A stretch of 64,000 nucleotides of DNA from Gammaproteobacteria bacterium (GCA_965222615.1 CBDCUI010000007.1:192001-256000), one strand, 5' to 3'; shown: positions 30,300 to 40,783, counted from the stretch's first letter. Notes: a model not told the origin generated them from the sequence alone. Made by a program: numbers and translations.

Positions 30300-30833
30300 T
30301 TAGAAACGCTCGTCCAGCAATAAGTTTTCAACAGAAAGTGCGGCATACCATTCTTCACCCGAAGAATAGAATGTACTTATATAATCAATAAAGTTCGGAT
30401 CAAATTCCTCAGGAATTTGATCACTTCCTTGATCAACATGAAAAGATTTCATGCCAATGATGGAATCAATCACTAAGCCATAAAAATGTGCATCCATTTT
30501 TACCAACAGCGCACGTCTTGAACGTGTTGAAGCTTTTGACACCGATCCAAAAATGTACTCATGTAAGTCTAATAGCGTAACCAAATTCCCCCTGACATTT
30601 GCAATGCCTATCAACCAACTCGGTGTATGAGGCATATTGGTAAAATTTGAAATTGCAATCACTTCATCAATTTCTGTAATAGGAATAATGTATCGATGAG
30701 GTCCAACATGAAATGCCAATCCATGCGAATAACTTGTATCCGCCTCTTGTTGCGCTAAACCACCTTGTTGTTCGACACATTGACGGTCAATAGTCAATAA
30801 ATATTCAAATGCAGTCGAGTCTTGTGACGTCAC
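30300..30833 (-). CDS. pilI: CheW-like protein PilI
   Basis: PHTPSWLIGIANVRGNLVTLLDL; lies between pilH and pilJ. Confidence 0.92.
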   Translation of the reverse strand: MTSQDSTAFEYLLTIDRQCVEQQGGLAQQEADTSYSHGLAFHVGPHRYIIPITEIDEVIAISNFTNMPHTPSWLIGIANVRGNLVTLLDLHEYIFGSVSKASTRSRRALLVKMDAHFYGLVIDSIIGMKSFHVDQGSDQIPEEFDPNFIDYISTFYSSGEEWYAALSVENLLLDERF

Positions 30834-30851
30834 TATTGTAAAATGTAAAAC

Positions 30852-31217
30852 TTAAGCGGCAAGAAAAGATTTTACAGAACTAATTAACATTTCAGAATTA
30901 ACTGGTTTAACTAAGTAGCCCTTCGCACCCTGTCTGGTGGCCCAAACTTTATCGGTTTGTTGACTCTTTGTAGACACCATTACCACTGGAATACTTGATG
31001 TTTCAGGAGCTTGAGTAATTTTACGTGTGGCTTGAAATCCGTTCATACCAGGCATAACAATGTCCATCAATATTAAATCTGGATGCTTAGCCTTTGCCGC
31101 TTCAACTCCTTGTTCACCACTATCAGCGGTTGAAACTTTATGACCAGTTTCTTGTAAAATTTTGGAAATAAATAAACGTTCGGTAGGAGAATCGTCGACA
31201 ACAAGGATGTGAGCCAT
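30852..31217 (-). CDS. pilH: Twitching motility response regulator PilH
   Basis: ILVVDDSPT, MDIVMPGMNGFQATR, TDKVWATRQGA. Confidence 0.96.
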   Translation of the reverse strand: MAHILVVDDSPTERLFISKILQETGHKVSTADSGEQGVEAAKAKHPDLILMDIVMPGMNGFQATRKITQAPETSSIPVVMVSTKSQQTDKVWATRQGAKGYLVKPVNSEMLISSVKSFLAA

Positions 31218-31233
31218 ATCGCTTGTAAACTTT

Positions 31234-31662
31234 TTATTGTTTATTACTATGTTCAGCTATTGCACCCAGCAAATCATCTTTTGTAAAAGGTTTGGTAAGG
31301 TACTTTTCTGAACCTACAATTTTCCCTCTTGCCTTATCAAAAATACTATCTTTACTTGAAAGCATAATCACAGGGGTGGATTTAAATAGCCTATTATTTT
31401 TAATCAACGCACAGGTTTGATAACCATCAAGACGCGGCATCATAATATCTACAAATATTAAATCTGGACGGTGTTCAGCAATTTTTGCAAGCGCCTCAAA
31501 ACCATCATTTGCCGTGACGACTTCACAACCTTCTTTTGTTAATAAAGACTCTGCTGACTTTCGAATCGTTTTACTGTCGTCAATGACCATGACTTTGAGT
31601 ACACCTGAGGTGTTGCTATTCACTTCTACTGAATCATTTAGTGCTAAACCACCATCTTGCAT
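31234..31662 (-). CDS. pilG: Twitching motility response regulator PilG
   Basis: KVMVIDDSKTIR, VDIMMPRLDGYQTCALIK, LSSKDSIFDKARG. Confidence 0.97.
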   Translation of the reverse strand: MQDGGLALNDSVEVNSNTSGVLKVMVIDDSKTIRKSAESLLTKEGCEVVTANDGFEALAKIAEHRPDLIFVDIMMPRLDGYQTCALIKNNRLFKSTPVIMLSSKDSIFDKARGKIVGSEKYLTKPFTKDDLLGAIAEHSNKQ

Positions 31663-31869
31663 AACTGCTTCCTAGATTCCATATTATTAATCTGATCAAG
31701 TCTTCATAACTCCAAGCCTTGATAACCTGAGCGTTATCCTGTAGACCTCTTACCGTAGTCGCTTATTTAGCAAGGTATTTGAGGGAACATCCCTAACCAT
31801 GCCAGTTACACAATATAGGACAAGTAGCTTCCGATATAAGCGTAATTATCACTGACGAGGTAGGCATTA

Positions 31870-32826
31870 ATGAGCATAAAACTAGGCGTTATTATGGACC
31901 CCATAGAGCGGATAAATGTCAATAAAGACAGTACCTTTGCGATGTTGTTGGAAGCCCAAAGACGCCATTACGAAATCCACTACTTGCAACAAGCCGATCT
32001 GTTCTTATCCGACAACAAAATCATGGGCAGAACCACTTCAGTTTCTGTTCAAGACGACCAAACTTGCTGGTACGAACTGAACAATTCGGTACAAAAAGAA
32101 TTATGTGAGCTTGATGTAGTACTGATGCGCAAGGACCCACCGGTGGATATGGAATTTATCTACACCACCTATTTATTAGATCGGCTGCAACAAACGGGAA
32201 CCATCGTTGTCAACCATCCTACTAGTCTTCGCAGTGCCAATGAGAAGTTATTGGCAACTCGCTTTCCAGAGTGCACACCTCCTTATGTAGTGAGCAGTGA
32301 TAAACAAATTCTTGATGGCTTCATTGATGAATACAAGGAAATCGTAGTTAAACCACTAGATGGAATGGCAGGGGATTCAATCTTCCGTATCCATTACGAT
32401 GATCCAAACCGTAATGTAATCGTAGAAACTATTACTCAATTAGGAAGTCGAAAAATAATTGCACAGCAATTTATTGCTGAGTACAAAAAAGGTGATAAAC
32501 GCATTTTAATTATTGATGGTAAACCAATTCCTTACGCATTACTTCGCGTTCCTGCTAAAGGCGAATTACGCGCTAACTTAGCTAAAGGTGGTACCGCAAA
32601 AGGAATTGAGCTTTCAACAAGGGATTATTGGATTTGCGATCAAATCAAACCGACACTGGAATCATTGCACCTTAGCTTTGTCGGCATAGATATAATTGGA
32701 GACTATTTAACCGAAATTAATATCACCAGCCCTACAGGGGTACGCGAATTAGATAAAATATATGAGTTAAATATATGCGGTAAATTATTTGACTATATTG
32801 AGACCCAACTTAACAATAGTCGATGA
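31870..32826 (+). CDS. gshB: Glutathione synthetase
   Basis: KDSTFAMLLEAQRR, LMRKDPP, KPLDGM, RANLAKGG, TEINITSPT. Confidence 0.98.
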   Translation: MSIKLGVIMDPIERINVNKDSTFAMLLEAQRRHYEIHYLQQADLFLSDNKIMGRTTSVSVQDDQTCWYELNNSVQKELCELDVVLMRKDPPVDMEFIYTTYLLDRLQQTGTIVVNHPTSLRSANEKLLATRFPECTPPYVVSSDKQILDGFIDEYKEIVVKPLDGMAGDSIFRIHYDDPNRNVIVETITQLGSRKIIAQQFIAEYKKGDKRILIIDGKPIPYALLRVPAKGELRANLAKGGTAKGIELSTRDYWICDQIKPTLESLHLSFVGIDIIGDYLTEINITSPTGVRELDKIYELNICGKLFDYIETQLNNSR

Positions 32827-32982
32827 CTTGTCCTATTACGCTTAAAGCCTACTACAAGTATTATATTTTGTTGTCTTAGTGGCAGTAGTTAGCTGATAGA
32901 TATAGTTAAATATTAGGTGGTTTTCAATCTTTGGAACAGTACAATTAAACGAAATGAAAGCGCAAACAGATAGCTCTATTTC

Positions 32983-33873
32983 ATGGCAGCGGTAGCGAAT
33001 ACAGTACAAGTAACTGCCTCTGATCGCTTAGGCTTCAGTTTATTTTTTGCAGCTATTTTACACGCCATGTTGATTCTAGGCATTGGTTTCGGTATCCATT
33101 TCAGTACAGACCCAAATCGAGGTAGCATACTTGAAGTTACAATGGTATTAACCAAAACTCATCAAGAACCTTTAGAAGCAGAACACATTGCCAGTGAAAA
33201 TCAATTAGCCAGTGGTAGTACTGACATCCGCAATCAACCCTCCGCGCCTATAATCGGTTCTAGCCTATTGGATACAGAAGGCATTGCACCAATACAAACA
33301 AACCCAAATCAGCAATCATCTTCTGAGAGTACGTCACAACAAGAAATAATATTGACTCAAGAATCTGTGCAGATGATGCAAGAACAAAAGGAGTCTCGAG
33401 AAAAAGCAGAACAAGAGCAACACCACAGACAAGAGTTACTTACTTCACAACAGCTAGAATTAGCTAAATTGGTTGCCGAAGTGAACCAAGAACAACAAGA
33501 CTACGCCAAAAGGCCTAGAATAAATTATATTGATACGCTGAGCGCTAAAACCGCTACTGAAGCGAGCTATGTAAAAGAATGGGTAGATAAGGTCGAACGC
33601 ATTGGTAATTTGAATTATCCCGATGAGGCTAGACACAAACACCTAACCGGGACATTGATCCTTAGTGTGCTTTTAAATCATGATGGAAAAGTTGTAGATA
33701 TGGAGATAAAGACTTCAGCTGGAAAATCTATACTTGACGAAGCCGCAAAGAAAATTGTTCGAATTGCTGCACCCTTTAAACCGTTTCCACAAGAAATGCG
33801 TGACAGTTATGACCAGTTGATGGTAACTCGAACATGGCTATTTGGCAAAGACAACACCTTACTTACAAAATAA
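32983..33873 (+). CDS. tonB: TonB-family protein (TonB3-like)
   Basis: N-terminal TM with His, C-terminal KVERIGNLNYP..AAPFKPFP..TRTW; gshB-tonB-yqgE synteny. Confidence 0.85.
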   Translation: MAAVANTVQVTASDRLGFSLFFAAILHAMLILGIGFGIHFSTDPNRGSILEVTMVLTKTHQEPLEAEHIASENQLASGSTDIRNQPSAPIIGSSLLDTEGIAPIQTNPNQQSSSESTSQQEIILTQESVQMMQEQKESREKAEQEQHHRQELLTSQQLELAKLVAEVNQEQQDYAKRPRINYIDTLSAKTATEASYVKEWVDKVERIGNLNYPDEARHKHLTGTLILSVLLNHDGKVVDMEIKTSAGKSILDEAAKKIVRIAAPFKPFPQEMRDSYDQLMVTRTWLFGKDNTLLTK

Positions 33874-33877
33874 TGGT

Positions 33878-34438
33878 ATGTCAGAAACACTAACAAAACA
33901 CCTATTAATCGCCATGCCATCCTTGCAAGATCCTAATTTCTCGCGAACCGTTACTTTAATTTGTGAACATAGCGAAAACGGAGCGATGGGAATCATCATT
34001 AATCAACCTACTTCCTTATCGGTAGAAGAATTGATTAACAATCTAAATACTGAAAATAAAACTGACAGTGTTCCAAACAATAATCCAGTACTTGCAGGCG
34101 GTCCTGTTCTAATGAATCATGGATTTATTTTGCATGACTCTGATCGGGAATGGGAATCCACACATATTATTGATAACGATTTAAAGCTAACTACTTCTGA
34201 AGACATATTAATTGATATCGGTAAAGGCAATGGCCCAGAAAACTCTATTGTGGCTTTAGGCTATGCCGGTTGGGGGGCTGGTCAATTAGAGCAAGAGCTA
34301 GGTGACAACTCTTGGTTAACAGTCCCATATGAGGCTGAAATTGTATTTAATACCCCAATTGAAAAGCGTTGGCAAACTGCCGCAGAAAAACTTGGAATAG
34401 ATTTACATTTAATTTCTAATCAAACAGGACATGCATAA
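33878..34438 (+). CDS. yqgE: YqgE/AlgH family protein
   Basis: LLIAMPSLQDPNFSRTV, GGPV, LGYAGWGAGQLEQE. Start moved to ATG 33878. Confidence 0.95.
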   Translation: MSETLTKHLLIAMPSLQDPNFSRTVTLICEHSENGAMGIIINQPTSLSVEELINNLNTENKTDSVPNNNPVLAGGPVLMNHGFILHDSDREWESTHIIDNDLKLTTSEDILIDIGKGNGPENSIVALGYAGWGAGQLEQELGDNSWLTVPYEAEIVFNTPIEKRWQTAAEKLGIDLHLISNQTGHA

Positions 34439-34495
34439 GTCGGTTTATTTTTATTTAAACGTGTTCACTAAAAACTTAGCTTCATACATTTTCCG

Positions 34496-34948
34496 ATGGG
34501 CAGCGTAATTGGATTTGATTATGGTGAACGACGAATTGGTGTAGCAGTTGGTTTATTAGAAATAGGTACAGCCAATCCACTCACAACGATTGAGACTACA
34601 TCAGCACAAACTTTGTGGGATGAAATTGACCAAATCATTAAAGAATGGAAACCCGACACACTAATTGTGGGGTGCGTAGAACATCGTACACAAAATAATA
34701 ACCATATAAAAAATAAAATTCTTATCTTTTGCAATAATTTGAAATCACGCTACTATTTGCCCGTAGAAACTATAGATGAATCATATTCATCTGTTACTGC
34801 CTATGAAACACTCAAGGATATGCGTAGTAAAGGTCAACGCAAAAAAATAAGTAAAGCAGACATAGATAAGGCCTCTGCTACAATAATTTTAAACTCTTGG
34901 CTATCATCTAATACAACCCAGGATAAAAATAATCTAAAACATGACTGA
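34496..34948 (+). CDS. yqgF: Pre-16S rRNA nuclease / RuvX family
   Basis: GFDYGERRIGVAVG, DESYSS, IDKASATIIL. Confidence 0.95.
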   Translation: MGSVIGFDYGERRIGVAVGLLEIGTANPLTTIETTSAQTLWDEIDQIIKEWKPDTLIVGCVEHRTQNNNHIKNKILIFCNNLKSRYYLPVETIDESYSSVTAYETLKDMRSKGQRKKISKADIDKASATIILNSWLSSNTTQDKNNLKHD

Positions 34949-35438
34949 TTTAGACGCTAAACAGTTAATGCAAAAACTAGCCCAAGATTTACAAAACTAT
35001 ATGGGCGAAAAAAATATAGAAAAGCCAATATTTATTGGCATTCTCACTGGTGGCGTATGGGTAGCCAAGCATCTACAATCATTATTAAGTGACAATAGCG
35101 AACTTGGAATACTAGACATCACTTTTTACCGTGATGATTTCAGCCGTGTAGGGATACAACCGACGGTAAAGCCTTCTAAATTACCCTTAAACCTGAACGA
35201 CCGACATATTATCTTAGTTGATGATGTCCTGCATACGGGCCGAACCGTGCGTGCTGCTTTAAATGAAATATTTGATTATGGTCGTCCTGCTTCAGTAAGT
35301 TTGGTTACATTAGTACAACGAAATGGAAGAGAATTGCCCATACAGGCTGATGTGGTGGGAGAAACGTTACGGCTGAAGGCTAAACAACATGTGAAACTAA
35401 GTGGCCCTGAGCCATTAACATTAGCGGTTGTCGATTAA
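34941..35438 (+). CDS. pyrR: Pyrimidine regulatory protein / uracil phosphoribosyltransferase
   Basis: LDITFYRDDF, ILVDDVLHTGRTVRAAL, RELPIQAD. Confidence 0.96.
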   Translation: MTDLDAKQLMQKLAQDLQNYMGEKNIEKPIFIGILTGGVWVAKHLQSLLSDNSELGILDITFYRDDFSRVGIQPTVKPSKLPLNLNDRHIILVDDVLHTGRTVRAALNEIFDYGRPASVSLVTLVQRNGRELPIQADVVGETLRLKAKQHVKLSGPEPLTLAVVD

Positions 35439-35444
35439 ACTCTT

Positions 35445-36386
35445 ATGCGACATTTTTTAAACATCGGAGCATTCAACAACGAAGAACTCACTCAAATTCT
35501 TGATACAGCCGAGTCATTTATCAGCGTAGACAATCGATCAATAAAGAAAGTGCCCCTGCTACGTGGCAAAACCATTGTAAATCTATTTTTTGAACCCAGC
35601 ACTAGAACCCGCACTACTTTTGAACTCGCAGCTAAACGACTTTCAGCCGATGTGTTAAACATTAATGTTGCAACCTCAGCAACAACAAAGGGCGAGAGCT
35701 TACTAGACACACTTTTCAATCTAGAAGCCATGAATACTGATGTATTTATCGTTAGACATTCTGAAAGTGGTGCTGCCGATTTCATTGCTAAATACGTCGC
35801 GCCTCATGTCAGCATTATTAATGCTGGAGATGGCAGCCACTCTCATCCTACACAAGCCATGTTGGATATGTTTACCATTAGAAAACACCTTAATGATTTT
35901 TCCAAACTAAACGTAGCAATCGTTGGTGATATTTTGCATTCACGTGTCGCACGTTCACAAATAGAAGCATTAAATATTTTAGGTGCTAGAGATGTCCGTG
36001 TGATCGCACCGCGTACCTTACTCCCAGCCAATGTTGAACAGCTAGGAGTAAGTGTTTTTCAAAACTGTAAAGAAGGATTAAGTAATGCAGATGTCATCAT
36101 TATGCTGCGTTTACAAAAGGAACGCATGCAGGGAGCATTCATCCCTAGCGAACATGAATATTTTCAATTGTATGGATTAACTCCTGAACGTCTGGCACTC
36201 GCCAAACCAAATGCCATTGTAATGCATCCAGGACCAATTAATCGTGGTGTGGAAATCAGCTCTGAAGTAGCCGATGGTCCACAATCTGTTATTTTGCAAC
36301 AAGTAGAGTATGGAATAGCTGTACGCATGGCCATTTTATCAATTGTCATTAGTTCAGATCAAAATGGAGTAACGAGTGAAAATTGA
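35445..36386 (+). CDS. pyrB: Aspartate carbamoyltransferase catalytic subunit
   Basis: [26 protein letters not shown]. Confidence 0.98.
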   Translation: MRHFLNIGAFNNEELTQILDTAESFISVDNRSIKKVPLLRGKTIVNLFFEPSTRTRTTFELAAKRLSADVLNINVATSATTKGESLLDTLFNLEAMNTDVFIVRHSESGAADFIAKYVAPHVSIINAGDGSHSHPTQAMLDMFTIRKHLNDFSKLNVAIVGDILHSRVARSQIEALNILGARDVRVIAPRTLLPANVEQLGVSVFQNCKEGLSNADVIIMLRLQKERMQGAFIPSEHEYFQLYGLTPERLALAKPNAIVMHPGPINRGVEISSEVADGPQSVILQQVEYGIAVRMAILSIVISSDQNGVTSEN

Positions 36387-37656
36387 AATTCTAAATGGCC
36401 ACCTCGTTGATCCTAAAAATAAAATAGACCAACAAGCTGACGTTTTTATTGCCACTGGCAAAGTAGTTGCTATCGCGAAACCACCTAGTGATTGGCAAGC
36501 CGAACTCAGTATTGATGCAAAGAATAAACTCATACTACCTGGTTTAGTTGAGCTTTCAGCAAGCTTGCGAGAACCGGGACATGAGCATAAAGCAACCATT
36601 CAATCAGAAACACAAGCCGCCGCCGCGGCTGGAGTTACTAGCCTTGCTTGTCTACCAAATACCGATCCAGTAGTAGACACACCAGCACAAGTAGAATTAA
36701 TCGAACAGCTTTCTCACAACAGTGGGCTGTGTAATGTATACATCATTGGGGCCCTAACAGCTGGGTTAAAAGGTGAAAACTTAAGTGAAATGGCAGCATT
36801 GAAAGCTGCAGGTTGTGTAGGCGTTACAAATGTCTTTCACCCCATCAAAAATTCATTAGTATTACGCCGCGCAATGGAGTATGCATCGAGTCAAAACTTA
36901 ACCGTCTTCTCTCATCCCTTAGATCACAAACTTGCTAATCACGGTTGTATACATGAAGGCCTGACTTCATCACGTTTAGGTTTGCCTGGCATCCCCGCAG
37001 CTGCAGAAACAGCTGCTGTAGCTTTTCAATTAGCACTAATAGAAGAACTGAATGTATGTACACATTTTTGCAGGCTCTCTACAAAACGTGCTGTTAATAT
37101 GATTGGGCGTGCACGTTATGAAAAATTACCCGTGACAGCGGATACTAGTATTCTACACTTGTATTTAACAGATCAAGACATCCAAAGTTTCGATGCTCTG
37201 TGTCATAACCTACCACCGTATCGTACACGCGAAGATCGCGAAGCACTACGTGCAGGAGTTAAGGATGGAGTACTATCAGCGATTTGTGCAGACCATCAGC
37301 CACATGAAATTGAGGCCAAACTTGCTCCTTTTCAATCTACCGAACCAGGTAGTTCAGCGATTGAAACTTTACTGCCCTTAGTGCTCGAATTAGTAGAAGA
37401 AGATATTTTGAGTATGAGTGAAGCTGTGCACTTGGTCACACAAGGCCCAGCAGAAATACTTGGAATTGAAGCAGGAAGTTTGCGTGTTGGCAACTGTGCC
37501 GATGTGTGTATTGTGAATCCAAATTTAAGTTGGACATTGAACAGTGAAACATTATGCAGTAGTGGTAAAAATACTCCTCTTTTAGGTGATCAGCTGCATG
37601 GACGTGTCAGCCACACTATTCTTGGTGGAAAACTAATCTACGAAAGTCAACCTTAG
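36376..37656 (+). CDS. pyrC: Dihydroorotase-like protein (PyrC'-type, probably catalytically inactive ATCase partner)
   Basis: [14 protein letters not shown] (HxH metal motif replaced), AAAAGVT, PNTDP, KNTP; overlaps pyrB. Confidence 0.9.
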   Translation: MKIEILNGHLVDPKNKIDQQADVFIATGKVVAIAKPPSDWQAELSIDAKNKLILPGLVELSASLREPGHEHKATIQSETQAAAAAGVTSLACLPNTDPVVDTPAQVELIEQLSHNSGLCNVYIIGALTAGLKGENLSEMAALKAAGCVGVTNVFHPIKNSLVLRRAMEYASSQNLTVFSHPLDHKLANHGCIHEGLTSSRLGLPGIPAAAETAAVAFQLALIEELNVCTHFCRLSTKRAVNMIGRARYEKLPVTADTSILHLYLTDQDIQSFDALCHNLPPYRTREDREALRAGVKDGVLSAICADHQPHEIEAKLAPFQSTEPGSSAIETLLPLVLELVEEDILSMSEAVHLVTQGPAEILGIEAGSLRVGNCADVCIVNPNLSWTLNSETLCSSGKNTPLLGDQLHGRVSHTILGGKLIYESQP

Positions 37657-37706
37657 CTTAGTGTTGTTTACTTATAACAGAGGCTGTCTGAAATGGAGAA
37701 TGTAGT

Positions 37707-38588
37707 CTGAATATACACCGCAATACGATCTTCGAAGAAAGTGCAGAAGTTATTAACCATGAATCTTTAGCTGCACAACAGTATGTGATAACTCTCAAAG
37801 TCCCAAAATGTGCAAAACATGCACGGCCAGGGAATTTTGTTCATCTGCAATGTGATCAAAAATTAGCTATGCGACGGCCATTCTCTATCATGCGCAGTGA
37901 TCCAACTGCTGGACACATAGATATCCTTTATAAAATAGTAGGACATGGAAGCGCATATCTTGCAACACGTAAAAAAGGCGATGTTATTCAATGTTTAGGA
38001 CCAATTGGCAACTCTTTTCAACTTAAACAAACTACAACTCATCCTTTACTACTGGGTGGTGGCGTAGGTATTCCTCCTATGGTGTTCTTTGCCGATGAGT
38101 TACGTAAAAATATTTACCAGAAAAAAAATATCACACCATTTGTAGTCATGGGTTCTGAGGTTCCTTTTCCATTTACTTCTAAACCATCAAAAATTCTGAT
38201 ACCAAACATCCCCAATGACGTGATTGCGTCCATGCCATTACTAGATGACTGGGGTATAGCCTCTCGTCTTACCAGTCAACAAGACTATCAAGGCTGTTTT
38301 AAAGGTTATGTACACGAACTCGCTGAGCATTGGTTTAAAAACTTAGATAAAAAAATTCAACGTGGTGTTGAAATATTTGCTTGTGGCCCAACTTTGATGC
38401 TGCAGTCTATTGCCAAATTTGCTAAGCGCTATCGAATTCCTTGCCAGCTTTCTTTGGAAGAATATATGGCCTGTGCGGTAGGTGGTTGTGCTGGCTGTGT
38501 AGTCCCTTACAAAGAAAATAATACAGTTACTGCAATGAAACGGGTTTGTGTCGATGGCCCAATTTTTAATGCTGAAAATATTTTTTAA
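37707..38588 (+). CDS. pyrK: Dihydroorotate dehydrogenase electron-transfer subunit; probable non-canonical CTG start at 37707 (track start 37785)
   Basis: RRPFS, GPIGN, GGGVGIPP, ACGP, MACAVGGCAGC..RVCVDGP. The frame stays open upstream to 37692 and reads LNIHRNTIFEESAEVINHE. Confidence 0.88.
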   Translation: MNIHRNTIFEESAEVINHESLAAQQYVITLKVPKCAKHARPGNFVHLQCDQKLAMRRPFSIMRSDPTAGHIDILYKIVGHGSAYLATRKKGDVIQCLGPIGNSFQLKQTTTHPLLLGGGVGIPPMVFFADELRKNIYQKKNITPFVVMGSEVPFPFTSKPSKILIPNIPNDVIASMPLLDDWGIASRLTSQQDYQGCFKGYVHELAEHWFKNLDKKIQRGVEIFACGPTLMLQSIAKFAKRYRIPCQLSLEEYMACAVGGCAGCVVPYKENNTVTAMKRVCVDGPIFNAENIF

Positions 38589-38672
38589 ATTCACACAAAT
38601 TTACATTTCGTGTCGTCAAAATTTTGACGATAAAAACTTCTATAAAAATTTCTGGCCCATCTCTAGGTTTAT

Positions 38673-39017
38673 TTACAAGTTGGAAATACATTTTTCCATC
38701 TTGTCCACTACGATATCAAGGATTTGTTGTCCCCTCTCGCTTATATGCAAATGTTTAACTCGAGAATCTCCATCACTAGATGATTCAGATATATACTGGT
38801 ATTCGTTAACCAAATCCTTTACATATCTCTTAAGAGTTGTCGAAGAAATCGCAGAAATTTTGCCGTTTAAATCATTGCGGGTTATCCCATCATTCAAATA
38901 AACGGTAATCAGTATATCTAGGTGGCTCAAACAAAACCCTAGCGTAGAGCTTGACCTGATTGTTTGAACTGTATCTCCCCAACAGGAAAGAATGATTTTT
39001 TCTTTTTTATCGAACAC
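38673..39017 (-). CDS. MarR-like winged-helix protein
   Basis: GITRNDL..ISSTTLKRYVKDLV..DGDSRVKHLHISERGQQIL fits the MarR wHTH pattern (D.R wing motif). Confidence 0.65.
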   Translation of the reverse strand: MFDKKEKIILSCWGDTVQTIRSSSTLGFCLSHLDILITVYLNDGITRNDLNGKISAISSTTLKRYVKDLVNEYQYISESSSDGDSRVKHLHISERGQQILDIVVDKMEKCISNL

Positions 39018-39247
39018 AAGGCGTAATTTATTGCTTATATCTATGCAATAGCTACATTATTGTTGAATATTGTAATCCCTTTGCAATACAAATAAATGAT
39101 AGGAACAAAATCGGACCTAATTAAGGTTTGAAGTATCCAATAACAAATATTAGGACCGATAACGTCCCTATCATTGTAAAAAGAATTCTCCTCATTACTA
39201 TATTTGTAAGTCTTAAAATATCTAAGCAAATAAGTCGGACATTTTTA

Positions 39248-39478
39248 ATGAGGGACGATGATAAAATTGTATCGCTGGAAGATATGGATACAGCGATTTT
39301 AAGCCTTGAGGGTTGGGAACTTAAAAAAGTTTTTGAAGGCGCCCCTAAGCATACTGTAGAAATCTTTGAAACGGCGATGGAATATGCTGAAAAGCTTGCC
39401 GAGTGTTACACAGTTGGCTATCGGCCTGTGAAAAGCAATAAAAGTGTTTTTGTAGATATCTATGTAAATAAAAAATAA
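39248..39478 (+). CDS. Hypothetical small protein (about 76 aa)
   Basis: Protein-like composition from ATG 39248 (MRDDDKIVSLEDMD...); divergent from the wHTH gene. Confidence 0.5.
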   Translation: MRDDDKIVSLEDMDTAILSLEGWELKKVFEGAPKHTVEIFETAMEYAEKLAECYTVGYRPVKSNKSVFVDIYVNKK

Positions 39479-39902
39479 AGCACTTCTAAATTTCCCTCCA
39501 ATTTATTACTTAACAAACTAGAAAAACATCTAGCTTGCATAGTAAAAGTTGTGTTGCGCATATTAAAGAAAATAACTAAGTTACTGCGATAAAATGCACT
39601 TTTGTAGACAGTCCCATATTAAGACAGGAAATAATAATTAATGCTTAAAATAGTTAAGTTATGTGAAGAAAATTATTATAAAGGCATCATAGCGAAATAT
39701 GTCTGCATCAATGATCCAACCAATCTCCACACAATTAAGTGATTACCTACCTCCACTTAAAAGCATTTACCAAAATTTGTTGAGTAACTGACCTAGAACA
39801 ATAAACTTCTAAGCATAGGTGTATACACTTTAATGTAAGTGGCTTATGGAGTTATGCCGTTAATCGAAAACAATGGTCATGAATTTAACGAAGGAAAATG
39901 CT

Positions 39903-40019
39903 ATGAAAGATCATAACGTAAGTGACAATAGCAAAAGCCCCATAATAACAGTGGTTTGGGTATTACTAACTATTACTGTTTTTGTAGTGTTATTTGGAAC
40001 TCTACTAACCTTTTTATGA
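39903..40019 (+). CDS. Putative 38-aa single-pass membrane protein
   Basis: AAGGA 7 nt before ATG; MKDHNVSDNSKSPIITVVWVLLTITVFVVLFGTLLTFL*. Confidence 0.5.
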   Translation: MKDHNVSDNSKSPIITVVWVLLTITVFVVLFGTLLTFL

Positions 40020-40249
40020 GCACTTAGTAATAAGTCTACTAACACCGCAGCAAATTTTTTAAACTCATAAAAATTGGATCGACTTGTTGGATTAATAGTA
40101 CTTGCAACTAAAAATCTGATGTTAAGCATCTGAAAATTACTTATTAAAAAACGTATTTATGTGCCACACATGTTTAGCTATAAACATTTTACGTAATATT
40201 TAGCCTAACATTGAGCTTTATACTCTCTATTAAATTCAACTCCTGCCTA

Positions 40250-40560
40250 AATTACATTTTCATATTTAAAAACGAAGCTTGGTCTTAGCCCTGTTTTCTC
40301 AAGCTTAATATCATAGTAGTCGGCAAATGTTCAGCATCTGATCGCACTTTAAACGCGTAAGCGAGTATTCCAGCTACTTTGTTTGATGTGATATTTCCTC
40401 TTTTTATATCATCGATAATTGCTTTAAATGCTGCAATATCCTTCTTCTCAATCTTTACTTTAGAGTTATTTTTACACTCAATTAAAACTAACGTTTCTTC
40501 CTCGTTGACCATATCAATAAAGGAAACCTCAATCTGAATGCCTACAACTACTTTTACCTT
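40250..40560 (-). pseudogene. Remnant of an Mrr-like PD-(D/E)xK restriction endonuclease
   Basis: QIEV..LVLIECKN...IEKKDIAAFKAIIDDI..VAGI; the continuation TFADYYDIKL lies in a shifted frame; no credible N-terminus. Confidence 0.6.
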
Positions 40561-40567
40561 CTTTCTA

Positions 40568-40700
40568 GCACATAACATCACACTGAAAAACGCAAAAGCT
40601 TTTCGGATGAAAAGTGAGTAGTGTTTGAGCGTAGTGAGTTTGCGAGCCGCCGAAAAGATCGAACATCGCAAGACTCAGTGATGTTCAACGCTAATGCTTT
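40568..40700. repeat. Palindromic element, possible degenerate attC/REP-like site
   Basis: AACATCAC(AC)TGA..TCAGTGATGTT and CTTTTCGG..CCGAAAAG inverted pairs around TGTTTGAGCGTAGTGAGTTT; the minus strand ends GTTATGTGC next to the nuclease remnant. Confidence 0.3.
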
Positions 40701-40783
40701 TGGATGAAACAGCTATTTTTAAAATGACTAAATATACTGCATCTTCCTTGATGGAAACCTTATTCGCATCTCCATGTGCTCAC

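Noticed and set aside
36376-37656. Dihydroorotase lacking metal-binding histidines as a pseudogene or novelty
   Set aside because: Matches the known inactive PyrC' that partners PyrB in Pseudomonas-type ATCase.
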